From a virus (taxonomy: Duplodnaviria > Heunggongvirae > Uroviricota > Caudoviricetes): a DNA stretch of 64,000 nt. Both the position numbers and the translations under genes were made by a program. Positions 18,157-28,200 of this stretch are shown here, in pieces. Below the pieces are notes generated by a model. It did no database searches, had not been told where the DNA came from, and worked only from the letters and a program-made list of their open reading frames with translations. Location of the stretch: the IMG/VR virus record IMGVR_UViG_3300045988_142422. One strand, 5' to 3'. The stretch's first letter is position 1, and the number at the start of each line of letters is the position of its first letter.

Positions 18157-21100
18157 ATGTCACAAAACGTAGAGTTTATCCTGTCGCTGGAAGACAAACA
18201 GTTTACAGCGTCAATCGATCGTGCGGGGAAACTGCTTACTCGATTTGGTGAGCAGGTAACAAAGCCTGCTCAAAAAATCCAAACCTTTGAACGCTCTTTG
18301 GGTTCGGTCGCCCGTATCATTGGCGTTCTGGAAAGCAAGCTCGATTCTACGGCAGATAAACTACAGGATGTAGCTGCCGGTTTTGAGCTTGCTTCAGATG
18401 CTACGCGTAAAATGCGTGGCAACATCACCAGCCTCAATTCTGGTCTTAAAGCCCTGATTGAGCGCGTCGATACGACAACTTCTTCAGTAGATAAACTCAC
18501 CGCGTCATTACGTAAAGTGCAATCAGAGCTAAATGATTTCTCTGATTGGGCGACCTATGCAAGCAAAAGCGCAAGCCGCTTTGGTACGGAGGTCAAAGAA
18601 GCCTCTGCGTCCGTGAGTGGCATGAATACGCGCCTTAATACCACGACGAAGCGACTCAGTAATTGGGGTGTCACAACGAGTCAGGCTGCCGAGGGACTGA
18701 AAAAGGTTCGTGAGCAGATGGACGAAGTTATCGGACGTCAGCAACTGATTAGCAAGCCGGTACGCGTTCGTACATCTGGAAGTGGCGATGGTGGTAGCGG
18801 GCGGCGTAGCGGCGCTTCTGGCCATAGCGGTAAAAGTAACGAAGGAGGTATGTTCTCTGGCCTTCGTGGCAACATTTTCCTGCTTGGCGAGATCGGAGAT
18901 GCAGCCAGAACGGTTACTGACATCATGTTTGGGTGGCAGAAGCCTATTGTTGAAGCTGCGGCCGAAATGGAACGTATGCGGGTGATGCTTCGAGGGTTGA
19001 ATAAGGAGAAGTCCAACCCGGGCCAGGCTGCCGCTGATGATATGAAGTACATCGTAGACATGGCGCAAAATGCGCCGTTCGCGATGCAGGCGTTAACAGA
19101 TTCCTTCGTGAAGTTTCGTTCTGCTGGCTTAGATCCAACCGATGGTTCTCTGAAGGCGCTGGTGGACTCCGTTGCTCGTTTTGGTGGTGATAGTGAGCTG
19201 TTGAAACGTGCGGCTGTGGCCGTTCAGCAGATGTCCGGTAAGGGCGTTGTGTCAATGGAAGAGCTACGTCAGCAATTAGGTGAAGCCGTTCCTAACGCGA
19301 TGCAGGCAATGGCAGACGCCGCAGGCATCACTATGGGGGAACTGACTAAAGCCGTTGCCAGCGGTACGGTTGAGGCAAAACAGGCGTTGTCTCTGATGTT
19401 TGTTGGTCTGCGTGCGGAGAATGAGAACGCAGCGAAAGACATGATGCAAACCTACACAGGTGCGCTGGCGCAACTTCAGACGTCATTCACGTTATTTGCT
19501 GATCGGGTTGGTCAGGCCGGATATCTGGATTCTCTATCGAAGGGGATGAAAGAACTGGCTTCAATCATGAATAGCGCCGAAGGGATTTCGTTTGCCAATT
19601 CTTTAGGCTCGGGGTTAACGACGGCAATCGATGGGTTGCGTCAGCTTGCTCAATGGTTAGCAAAGAACCAAGAGCTGGTAATTAATCTCGGTAAGGTCGT
19701 GGCCGCGATGGTTGCGTTCAAACTGATGCGAGCAGGGATCATGGGGGTAGTTGGCGCAGGCAGCCAGATGGTTAGCACCTTTGCCACGATGGCGACCGCC
19801 ATACAGACTCCATTTAACCTCGGCGCTACAGCAGTAACCCGATTCAATCGTGCGGCACGTATGGGGCTGGCTCCGATCCCCTCTCTTATTTTCGCCATCC
19901 GTGGGGCGATTACGGGGCTTAAAGGCGCTTTTGCTGGATTAACGGCGTTCATTGCAGCAAACCCTATAGGGGCAGCATTTACAGTTGCCACTGTAGCTGT
20001 TGCTGGCCTAATCACGTACATGACCATGCTCCGCAGCGAAACTTCAAAGGTCGTTGACGAGATTAGGAAAATACCAGAGGCGATGACGGCGGCCAAACGT
20101 GCACAAATGGCCGACCGCGCAGAAAAGCTCGAAAAGCAGATTCTTGCTGATCAACGAGCATTAAAAACTGGTGAGGGTGTTAATTACGTATCTAACTCTG
20201 CCGGTGTTATTACTCACAAAGAGTCGAAGGCTGACATCGAAGCACGCCTGAAAAAAAATCAGGAAGAGTATCAAAAGATAACCGGCACGATAGCTCTTGG
20301 TGACGGCGCTGTAGCAAAGCGTTTGGCTAAAGAGGCTGCCGAATCTCAGATTGAGAAAATTCGAGCGGAAAACCAGATTTTCGCGGCAACATTCGTGAAA
20401 GCCCGGCAGGAGGCTCTGGATAAGATCCAGAAAATCAATGATGACGGTTCACTTTCAGATGACGAAAAGAACAAGCTATTGGCACCGTTACGTGAAACGG
20501 TAAACAAAAGCTATCTGGAGCCTGCGCAAAAACTGGTTGATTCACTTTCTTCTCGTAAGAATGCGACCGAGAAGCAAATTGCGACTCTTAATGATCAGCT
20601 TGAAAAAGCCAAAAAGGATGGAAATACCGAGCAGATCCAGAAACTGCAAGGCAGTATTCATGGTTATCAGGAGCATTTGGAAGCCGTTGCTCAGGAGCTG
20701 ACTCAGGCAGAGTTCGAGAGAGATAACGCGGCCAAAACTGGTAAGGGCGTAATGTCAAACCAGGGGACTGTTCTTGGGTTAGGTACAACTGATAAAGCTG
20801 CTCAGAAGGCGTTGGCGCAATATATGCGAAACCAGATGGATTCTGCGACTTATCAGCGTACTTTGCCTGACGGCACTCCGATGATGGACTTCGAAGGTAA
20901 GCCGATTATTGGGCCTAAACAACTCAAGACGCAGCTTAATTTGCAGAAAGCATCCAGTGCCAGCTCTCTGGAGAAAATGAGCGATGAAGAGCGTGCCGCA
21001 GCCATTGCCGCACTTACTAAAGCTCGTGAACAGGATGCAGCAGCTGCCGAGAAAGCAGCCCAACGATCAGCTAACGCCTCGCAGCGTGCGGCCAAGAAGG

Positions 21101-22728
21101 AACAGGCAGCGCAACAGAAACTGGCAGCCGGATACCAGAAGGCTCTGGACAAAGCCGATCAGCTTATGGGGCAAATGGGTGAAAGCTCTAAGGCTACGGT
21201 ATCGTTTGATCAGTCTCTTCGCGATACAACGAAATCGCTGACAGATTTGGCTAATGCGGTTCCTAACGAGTTCATCACTCAAGAGATGATCGACAAGGCG
21301 AAAAAACGTCTTGAAGACCTCAAAAATGCGACACCTGAATATCGTGAGATGTTTAATCGCCGCAATGTTGAGCAGATGATCTCCACTTGGGCACCGGAGG
21401 CGGATTCCATTATTAGTGCTGGCTATACGCCGTCTCGCGAAGAGAAAGTTGCTGATTTCGAAGACACCTACAACCGCAATCTCAAAGCGTTGATAGAACT
21501 TCGTGATAAGGCGTCTGATCCTAAAGTTGTGGCGCTTTATACAAAGAAAATCAATCAACTGATTGCTGCTGGCAATACCGCGCTTATTAAAGAGACGGGG
21601 ACTGCGACGCAGAAGTTGGCACTGGAATACGAAAATCTGGCAGAGCAGATCGAAAGCACCTGGACTGATTTGTTTAGTGGCTTAACTGATGTCCTGACTG
21701 ATTTCGTTATTAACGGGAAGATGAGCTTCTCCAGCCTATCTCAGTCCATTTTGAAAGATATCACCAATATGGTCGTGAAGTCGCAGATCACGCTGCCTCT
21801 AATGAACATGTTGGGGATGGGAACCACCGCAGCTGGTAGTTCACAGAGTGGTAATTTGCTCACCGGGGTTGCTTCCGCAGTTGCCAATCAAGGTGTGCGC
21901 ATAAGCAACACTGTTAATGGCGACAAGTCGGTAGGAGAAGCCACGAAGGAGACGTCCAGTTCGGTAACTGGATTGGGGCAAACGACACAGCAGACCACCA
22001 GCGCAATTGGCACAGCAACAAATGCGATTGGTAGCTGGGTATCAGGGCTATTTAATAGCACCGAAGCCAAAGATGCTGAGACAAAAGCAGTGAAGGACTC
22101 CATCTTCTCGATGCAGAACCTCAGCTCTGTTACCGGCGCTCTGTCTGCCGCGTTTGCAATGCTTGGAGCTAATGCTTCCGGCTCTGGTAATAAGTGGTTG
22201 AATTTCGGCGCGACAGTTGCATCTGGTTTGGTTTCAGTATGGGCTGGTGGTGGATTCGATGGATTGATGTCCGGTTCTTCTGGCTCAACTTCCGGGTTCA
22301 ACAATCTGACCAGTTCTGCTGCCGATGGCACGAATGGTATTCCTGCAATTCCGAAGTTTGCAAATGGTGGCATATTCGGAAAAGACGGCGTGATCCCGCT
22401 CCGGGCATACCAGAAAGGCGGTATCGCCAACTCACCTCAATTGGCGTTGTTTGGGGAAGGCGATATGAATGAGGCGTATGTTCCATTGCCTGATGGTCGA
22501 ACAATCCCTGTAACGCTCAGTACCGATGGTATGAGTGGAGGAGGAAATGTTCTTTCTCCTGTATCAATTGAGATCAACGTCCATAGTGACGGTAGCACAA
22601 CTGAATCCGGCGATACAGAAAGCATATGGAACAATGCCGCTCAACGGATGAAAGCAATCGCGCTTGAGACTATCGCTCAAGAGAAACGCCCTGGCGGATC
22701 ACTCAACCCAAACACTCAACGTAACTAA
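18157..22728 (+). CDS. Tail tape measure protein
   Basis: About 1520 aa, coiled-coil-rich with hydrophobic segments, positioned after the chaperone pair. Track start 18136 is TTG; ATG at 18157 preferred. Confidence 0.85.
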   Translation: MSQNVEFILSLEDKQFTASIDRAGKLLTRFGEQVTKPAQKIQTFERSLGSVARIIGVLESKLDSTADKLQDVAAGFELASDATRKMRGNITSLNSGLKALIERVDTTTSSVDKLTASLRKVQSELNDFSDWATYASKSASRFGTEVKEASASVSGMNTRLNTTTKRLSNWGVTTSQAAEGLKKVREQMDEVIGRQQLISKPVRVRTSGSGDGGSGRRSGASGHSGKSNEGGMFSGLRGNIFLLGEIGDAARTVTDIMFGWQKPIVEAAAEMERMRVMLRGLNKEKSNPGQAAADDMKYIVDMAQNAPFAMQALTDSFVKFRSAGLDPTDGSLKALVDSVARFGGDSELLKRAAVAVQQMSGKGVVSMEELRQQLGEAVPNAMQAMADAAGITMGELTKAVASGTVEAKQALSLMFVGLRAENENAAKDMMQTYTGALAQLQTSFTLFADRVGQAGYLDSLSKGMKELASIMNSAEGISFANSLGSGLTTAIDGLRQLAQWLAKNQELVINLGKVVAAMVAFKLMRAGIMGVVGAGSQMVSTFATMATAIQTPFNLGATAVTRFNRAARMGLAPIPSLIFAIRGAITGLKGAFAGLTAFIAANPIGAAFTVATVAVAGLITYMTMLRSETSKVVDEIRKIPEAMTAAKRAQMADRAEKLEKQILADQRALKTGEGVNYVSNSAGVITHKESKADIEARLKKNQEEYQKITGTIALGDGAVAKRLAKEAAESQIEKIRAENQIFAATFVKARQEALDKIQKINDDGSLSDDEKNKLLAPLRETVNKSYLEPAQKLVDSLSSRKNATEKQIATLNDQLEKAKKDGNTEQIQKLQGSIHGYQEHLEAVAQELTQAEFERDNAAKTGKGVMSNQGTVLGLGTTDKAAQKALAQYMRNQMDSATYQRTLPDGTPMMDFEGKPIIGPKQLKTQLNLQKASSASSLEKMSDEERAAAIAALTKAREQDAAAAEKAAQRSANASQRAAKKEQAAQQKLAAGYQKALDKADQLMGQMGESSKATVSFDQSLRDTTKSLTDLANAVPNEFITQEMIDKAKKRLEDLKNATPEYREMFNRRNVEQMISTWAPEADSIISAGYTPSREEKVADFEDTYNRNLKALIELRDKASDPKVVALYTKKINQLIAAGNTALIKETGTATQKLALEYENLAEQIESTWTDLFSGLTDVLTDFVINGKMSFSSLSQSILKDITNMVVKSQITLPLMNMLGMGTTAAGSSQSGNLLTGVASAVANQGVRISNTVNGDKSVGEATKETSSSVTGLGQTTQQTTSAIGTATNAIGSWVSGLFNSTEAKDAETKAVKDSIFSMQNLSSVTGALSAAFAMLGANASGSGNKWLNFGATVASGLVSVWAGGGFDGLMSGSSGSTSGFNNLTSSAADGTNGIPAIPKFANGGIFGKDGVIPLRAYQKGGIANSPQLALFGEGDMNEAYVPLPDGRTIPVTLSTDGMSGGGNVLSPVSIEINVHSDGSTTESGDTESIWNNAAQRMKAIALETIAQEKRPGGSLNPNTQRN

Positions 22729-22770
22729 CTATCGACTGCCCCGACCGGGGCAGTCTCACAAGGATGTGAG

Positions 22771-23106
22771 ATGGAAAGACAAACGTTTAATTGGTATCCA
22801 GATTACGAATCTGAAAAAAGCGTAAAACCGAATGTAACGGTACTTAATTTTGGTGATGACTACGAGCAGCGACAGGCTCAAGGTCTTAATCGTATTAAAG
22901 AAGAATGGTCGTTAACCTTTACCAGATCATACAACGAAATTAATGCAATCGATGACTTCCTGACTGAGCGAGCAGGCGTTGAGTCGTTCTATTGGGTTAA
23001 TCCAAGAGGAAAACGGATTGTAGTTGTATGTGACAGTCATACGGTCAAGCGATATCAGGGGTACTGTGTCTTAACTGCTACATTCAGACAAGTATTTGAG
23101 GCTTAA
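22771..23106 (+). CDS. Minor tail protein (lambda gpM-like by position and size)
   Basis: 111 aa, first gene after the tape measure gene. Confidence 0.55.
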   Translation: MERQTFNWYPDYESEKSVKPNVTVLNFGDDYEQRQAQGLNRIKEEWSLTFTRSYNEINAIDDFLTERAGVESFYWVNPRGKRIVVVCDSHTVKRYQGYCVLTATFRQVFEA

Positions 23107-23188
23107 GTATCTGGATAAGTAAGTACTAATTTACTATCATTGTGGCGCTGACAGGATGTTAGCGCCTACTTATTTCAAGGATGAAACA

Positions 23189-23887
23189 ATGGGAATTAAA
23201 GCTGATATTCAGAGCTTATCTCCCTCTGCACTCATTGAGTTGTTCGTACTGGATATGTCGAACACAACTTCAGGGGGGAAGTTATTCTTCCACGCCGGAA
23301 CAAACGAACTGATGCAACCTGTCGTCTGGCAAGGAGTGACATACGAGCCGTGGCCAATCAAAGCATCAGGCTTTGACAAAACTGGCCAGGGAACGTTGCC
23401 ACGTCCAAAAATTCAGGTATCGAACTTTGCCGGAACCGTCTCTGCGGAAGTTCAGGCGAACGACGATCTTGTTGGCTGCCGCATTATTCGCAAGATGACG
23501 CTGGCTCGCTTCCTCGATGCCGTTAATTTCAAAGACGGCAACCCAACAGCAGATCCAAACCAACATTTCCCGGATGAAATGTGGTTTATCGAACAGAAAA
23601 CTCTCGAAACTCATCAGGTTGTCGAGTTTGAATTGTCCAGTGTGTTCGATTTGATGGGGGTGCAACTGCCGTATCGTCAGATCATTAAAAACACCTGCCC
23701 GTGGAAATACCGAGGGCCAGAATGCGGCTATACCGGTCCATATTTCGACAAAAATAACCAGCAGACGTCTATGTCTGGTGCTGATTACTGCACAAAACGT
23801 TATGACGCCTGTAATGCGCGTCGGAATTATTTTGCCAACGGAGTGATCCATTTTGGCGGGTTTATTGGAGCTACGCGATATGGGTAA
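23189..23887 (+). CDS. Minor tail protein (lambda gpL-like)
   Basis: Order and size as in lambda; AAGGA 8 nt before ATG 23189. Confidence 0.6.
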   Translation: MGIKADIQSLSPSALIELFVLDMSNTTSGGKLFFHAGTNELMQPVVWQGVTYEPWPIKASGFDKTGQGTLPRPKIQVSNFAGTVSAEVQANDDLVGCRIIRKMTLARFLDAVNFKDGNPTADPNQHFPDEMWFIEQKTLETHQVVEFELSSVFDLMGVQLPYRQIIKNTCPWKYRGPECGYTGPYFDKNNQQTSMSGADYCTKRYDACNARRNYFANGVIHFGGFIGATRYG

Positions 23888-24677
23888 TAAAGCAATCCCT
23901 GAGCTTGGCTCTGATGTTATGCAGCAAATCTATCTCTGCGCCATAAATCGCTACCCTAATGAAGCGTGTGGCTTTCTGGTGAGAACTAATGGCGACAAAT
24001 ATCGCTTTATGGAAGCGCGAAATGTTTCGGAGAACCCGCAGAACACTTTTGTAATGCACGTTGACGACATTATGGCGGCAGAGGATGCAGGTGACGTAAT
24101 CGCAATCTGGCATTCACATACTGATGAATCAGCAGAAGCATCTGATGCCGATCGTGCAGGCTGTGAAGCGACGGAAGTTCCGTGGATGATTCTGGCTATT
24201 CGCAAGAATGTTGAGGGAGATGCCCCTTTCCATTTTAGCGAGATGAATGTGATCACACCTGATGGTTTCGAAATGCCATACCTGGGTAGACCGTATGTAT
24301 TTGGCGTATTCGATTGCTGGATGTTGTGTCGGGACTATTTGAAGCGTGAGTTTAACGTCGAGCTTAACCCGAACGCACACCTGCATATTCCATCGTGGTA
24401 CACCGGCGATAACGACATTCTCGACCAGAACTACCGAAACGAGGGATTGGTACGGCTTGCACCTGGAACAGAGCCTCAACGTGGGGACGTCTTCTTTATT
24501 CAATACGGGAAAATGCCAGATCACTGCGCGGTTTATATCGGCGATGGAATGATTCTTCATCACCAGATCGACCGTCTTAGTTGTCGTGCTTATTACGGCG
24601 GAATGTATCAGAAACATACGACGCATCACTTGCGTCACAGAGACTTGCTCAAGGGAGATGAGACGTGTCTGAGTTAG
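23880..24677 (+). CDS. Tail assembly protein with JAB/MPN and NlpC/P60-like motifs (lambda gpK-like)
   Basis: AIWHSHTDESAEASDAD matches the JAMM HxH...S..D metalloprotease signature; position after the gpL-like gene. Confidence 0.65.
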   Translation: MGNKAIPELGSDVMQQIYLCAINRYPNEACGFLVRTNGDKYRFMEARNVSENPQNTFVMHVDDIMAAEDAGDVIAIWHSHTDESAEASDADRAGCEATEVPWMILAIRKNVEGDAPFHFSEMNVITPDGFEMPYLGRPYVFGVFDCWMLCRDYLKREFNVELNPNAHLHIPSWYTGDNDILDQNYRNEGLVRLAPGTEPQRGDVFFIQYGKMPDHCAVYIGDGMILHHQIDRLSCRAYYGGMYQKHTTHHLRHRDLLKGDETCLS

Positions 24678-25258
24678 TTCATGTGCAGCTTGGCGGCCCT
24701 ATGGCCAAACATTTTGGCCGCCACTGGCATCTAAAGGTGCGCAATACAAAACAGGCTCTGGATTTAATTGAGGCCAACAAGCCTGGGTTTAAAGCATGGA
24801 TGAAGCGCAATATCAAAACCTATGACCGTTACCACATCCAGATCACCAATAAACAGGGCCACAAGTGGTCTGTTGACGAAAGTGAATATCAGATGATGGG
24901 GCAGTCTGACAACATTGCCAAAATCCGCATTACACCTGTTCCGCGAGGAAGCGGTGGATCTGCTTTTGGGTGGTTTCAGACGGTAGTAGGGGCCGCTTTG
25001 TTGGTTGTATCGGCGGTAGTGATGCCTGCTTTAGCACCTCTCGGTTTGTCACTGATGATGGGCGGCATATCACAAATCATATCGCCGCAAGCCACTAACG
25101 AAAGTGTGAGACAGGCAGATAACTCGAACTCTTATTATTTCGACGGCCCTCAAAATACAGAAAACCAGGGCAACCCAGTACAACTTATCTATGGCGAGGA
25201 AATTCTGGTTGGCTCACAGGTTGTGAGTTCTTCAATCACGATTGACCAGCTAATGTAA
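24665..25258 (+). CDS. Tail assembly protein (lambda gpI-like)
   Basis: Position between the gpK-like and gpJ-like genes; hydrophobic central segment. GTG start at 24665 (alternative ATG at 24701). Confidence 0.55.
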   Translation: MSELVHVQLGGPMAKHFGRHWHLKVRNTKQALDLIEANKPGFKAWMKRNIKTYDRYHIQITNKQGHKWSVDESEYQMMGQSDNIAKIRITPVPRGSGGSAFGWFQTVVGAALLVVSAVVMPALAPLGLSLMMGGISQIISPQATNESVRQADNSNSYYFDGPQNTENQGNPVQLIYGEEILVGSQVVSSSITIDQLM

Positions 25259-25275
25259 ACAAGGATTTTTTGAAC

Positions 25276-28200
25276 ATGGAACAGTTCAAGAAGAAAAAGC
25301 TACCGCTGTTTATTGCCGGTGCGGGTGGTAAAAAAAGCAGCAAAAGCTCCAGCCGTACACCGGTTGAAGCCGACGATACCGTAAATTCTCGTGCAATGGC
25401 CGCTATCCTCGATCTTCTTGGGGAAGGGGTAATTGGCGGCTTAGTAAATGGCGCAAGATCTATTTTTATCGACGATCTGCCGATTGTAAATGAAGACGGT
25501 TCCTCCAACTTCAGCGGAATCACATGGGATTTTCGCGACGGTTCACAAGACCAGACTCCAATGTCTGGCTTTGATTTCGTTGAAACGCCTAAATCCGTCA
25601 ATATCCAGTTAAAAAAAACACATTATGTAACGGTTTCAATCGATAACGATGAAGCTGATCGGGTTCGTGTCATCATGAAGTTTCCTTCTTTGCGAAGCAT
25701 AGATAAAAAAACTGGTGACACGAACGGTACGACTGTTGAGTACAAGTTCCAGATAGCAAATGGCGACTCAACATTTGTAGATGTGGTCGCTGAAGGTGAA
25801 AAAAGCGTTGGCATTAAGCTAACAGCAAAGAAGACCGGCGTTTATTACCGTAGCTATGAGCTGAAGCTGCCTAAGCCTGGACGAGCATACAAGGTTCGTG
25901 TGGTCCGTATTACCGATGATAACAGTAGCCAGTATCTCTATAACGATACATGGGTGGATTCAATCGGGGAAATTGTCGATACACCGATGAACTATCCAAA
26001 CTCTGTTTTGGTTGGATTGAAGGTAAACTCTGAGCAATTCGGCAGCACCATGCCATCTCGCTCTTATCTGGTGCGTGGCCTAAAAATTCGAGTACCTTCA
26101 AACTATAACGAGTCCAGTAACACTTACGCTGGGGTATGGGATGGCACTTTTAAGCTGTTGTCTTCTTCGAACCCCGCGTGGATTCTCTTTGATTTGCTGA
26201 CCAATGCTCGATATGGCCTTGGTCAGTATGTGTCGGAATCTATGATTGACCTTGGCCAGTTGTACCAGATTGGTCGATATTGTGACGAAGAGGTCGATGA
26301 TGGCTTTGGTGGCAAAGAGAAACGCTTTGCAATCAATACGCAGATCACCAGTCGACAGGACGCATACCGGCTAATTCAGGATATTGCCGGAGCATTCCGC
26401 GGCATGGTGTTTTGGGCTGGTGGGATGGTTAACATCATGCAGGATAGCCCATCAGATCCGGTAATGATGTTTACCAACTCTAACGTCAAAGATGGATTGT
26501 TTACCTATAAAGGTTCTGCGCGTAAAGATCGCCCATCCGTTGCGCTCGTAACCTACAACAACAAGGAGGACGGTTATAAGCAAAACATCGAGTACGTCGA
26601 AGATCAGGACGCAATGCGCCGTTATGGTGAGCGTAAAACAGAAGTCGTAGCATTTGGCTGTACAAGCCGAGGGCAGGCTCACCGAGTTGGTTTGTGGCTT
26701 TTATATACCGCCAGAATGGAGTCGGATGTAATTACATTTACTGCCGGCTTAGACGCGTCATTTCTGATGCCTGGTGAAACCGTTCTGATTCAGAACAAAT
26801 ATCGCGCAGGCAAACGTAACTCAGGTCGAATTGTGGCGTTTACCAAAAACAGCGTCACACTCGATGCGCCTGTGTCGTTAGCCAAAGGCGGCTGCTTTAT
26901 TCGAATACTGAATCAGGAAGGCAAAATCGTTGAACGCGATGTTCTTGAAACTGGCGAAAATATAACAAAAGTTACGTTTTCAAAAGCCCTGTCTTCGGCT
27001 GAAACGCCTGTTTTGAACGGCGTCTGGACTATTACAGAACCAGACCTCGAACCTATGCGCGTTCGCATCGTTAACATCGCGCAGGGGGAAACGCCGGGTA
27101 GCTTTGACATCACCGCTGTTGAGAACAATCCGTCTAAATATGAGGCAATCGACAATGGTGCAACGCTGATCCCGCAGAATACGACGGTATTGGACCCAAC
27201 TTACTCCAAGCCATCTAATTTGCAAATCACTGAAGGGACTTATCTCTCAAGCCCGGGCAACCTGTCAGTAAAACTGACTGCAACATGGGAAGGGAAATCT
27301 CCAGAGTATTGGATCAGTTGGCGACGTTCTGATGAAAACAATGTATCGAACTGGCAATCGGCGCGTGTAACCGAAGAGCAATACGAAATCGTTAATGTCG
27401 CGGAGAATGGACGCTACGACTTCCAGCTGTATGCGGTTTCATTCAACGGTAAAAAAACAGAGATTATCAGTGCCGTTTATCAGGTGTTGGGCACAATGAC
27501 ACCGCCGGATTCCCCAACGTCATTAACGGCCGTTGGAGACTATCGTAATGTGATACTGAATTGGGTTAATCCAGATTCGGTAGACCTTGATCACATTAAT
27601 GTTTACGCATCCCAGACCAACAATCTGGATACGGCGAAACTGATCGCAGAGTCTGCAAGCACCACCTTTACACATGCTGGTCTTGGGGATAGCGAAACGT
27701 GGTATTACTGGGTTCGAGCATCGAACAAGCGAGGTATGTTAAGTCCTCCGAACTCAAACTTGGGTACAGAGGCGACAACTCGCGATGTACTGTCGTTCCT
27801 GACTGGCAAAATTACATCTTCCGAGCTTGGTCAGGCTCTGCTTGAGGACATCAACAGCAAAGCCTCTCAAGAAGCAGTTGACGAGTTAAATGAGCATATC
27901 AACCAGAGCGTCGAATCTTTGGAGGGGGCGGTAAACGACGTTAAGGAAGATATAGCTGAATTAGATCAGCAGTTCAGCGATAACCTCGCGGATTTTGAAA
28001 TAAAATTCAACGAGCGTAGCGATGCTTTGGAGAACGCACAAACCGAGCTTAAAGGTGAGGTTTCGGCAACGATCGACAAGGTCAATGAAGCGTTTGAAAA
28101 AATTGATGCTACTGATGCTGCAATTGTTGAAATCGAAAACACCGTATCTGAACACGATAAAGCTCTCGCTAATACAGTCGAGGCAATAAAGGCTGCAAGA

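Noticed and set aside
18529-20096. Minus-strand ORFs of 100-180 aa inside the tape measure gene
   Set aside because: Fully nested in a 1500-aa gene with clear context; no independent start signals; products are low-complexity.
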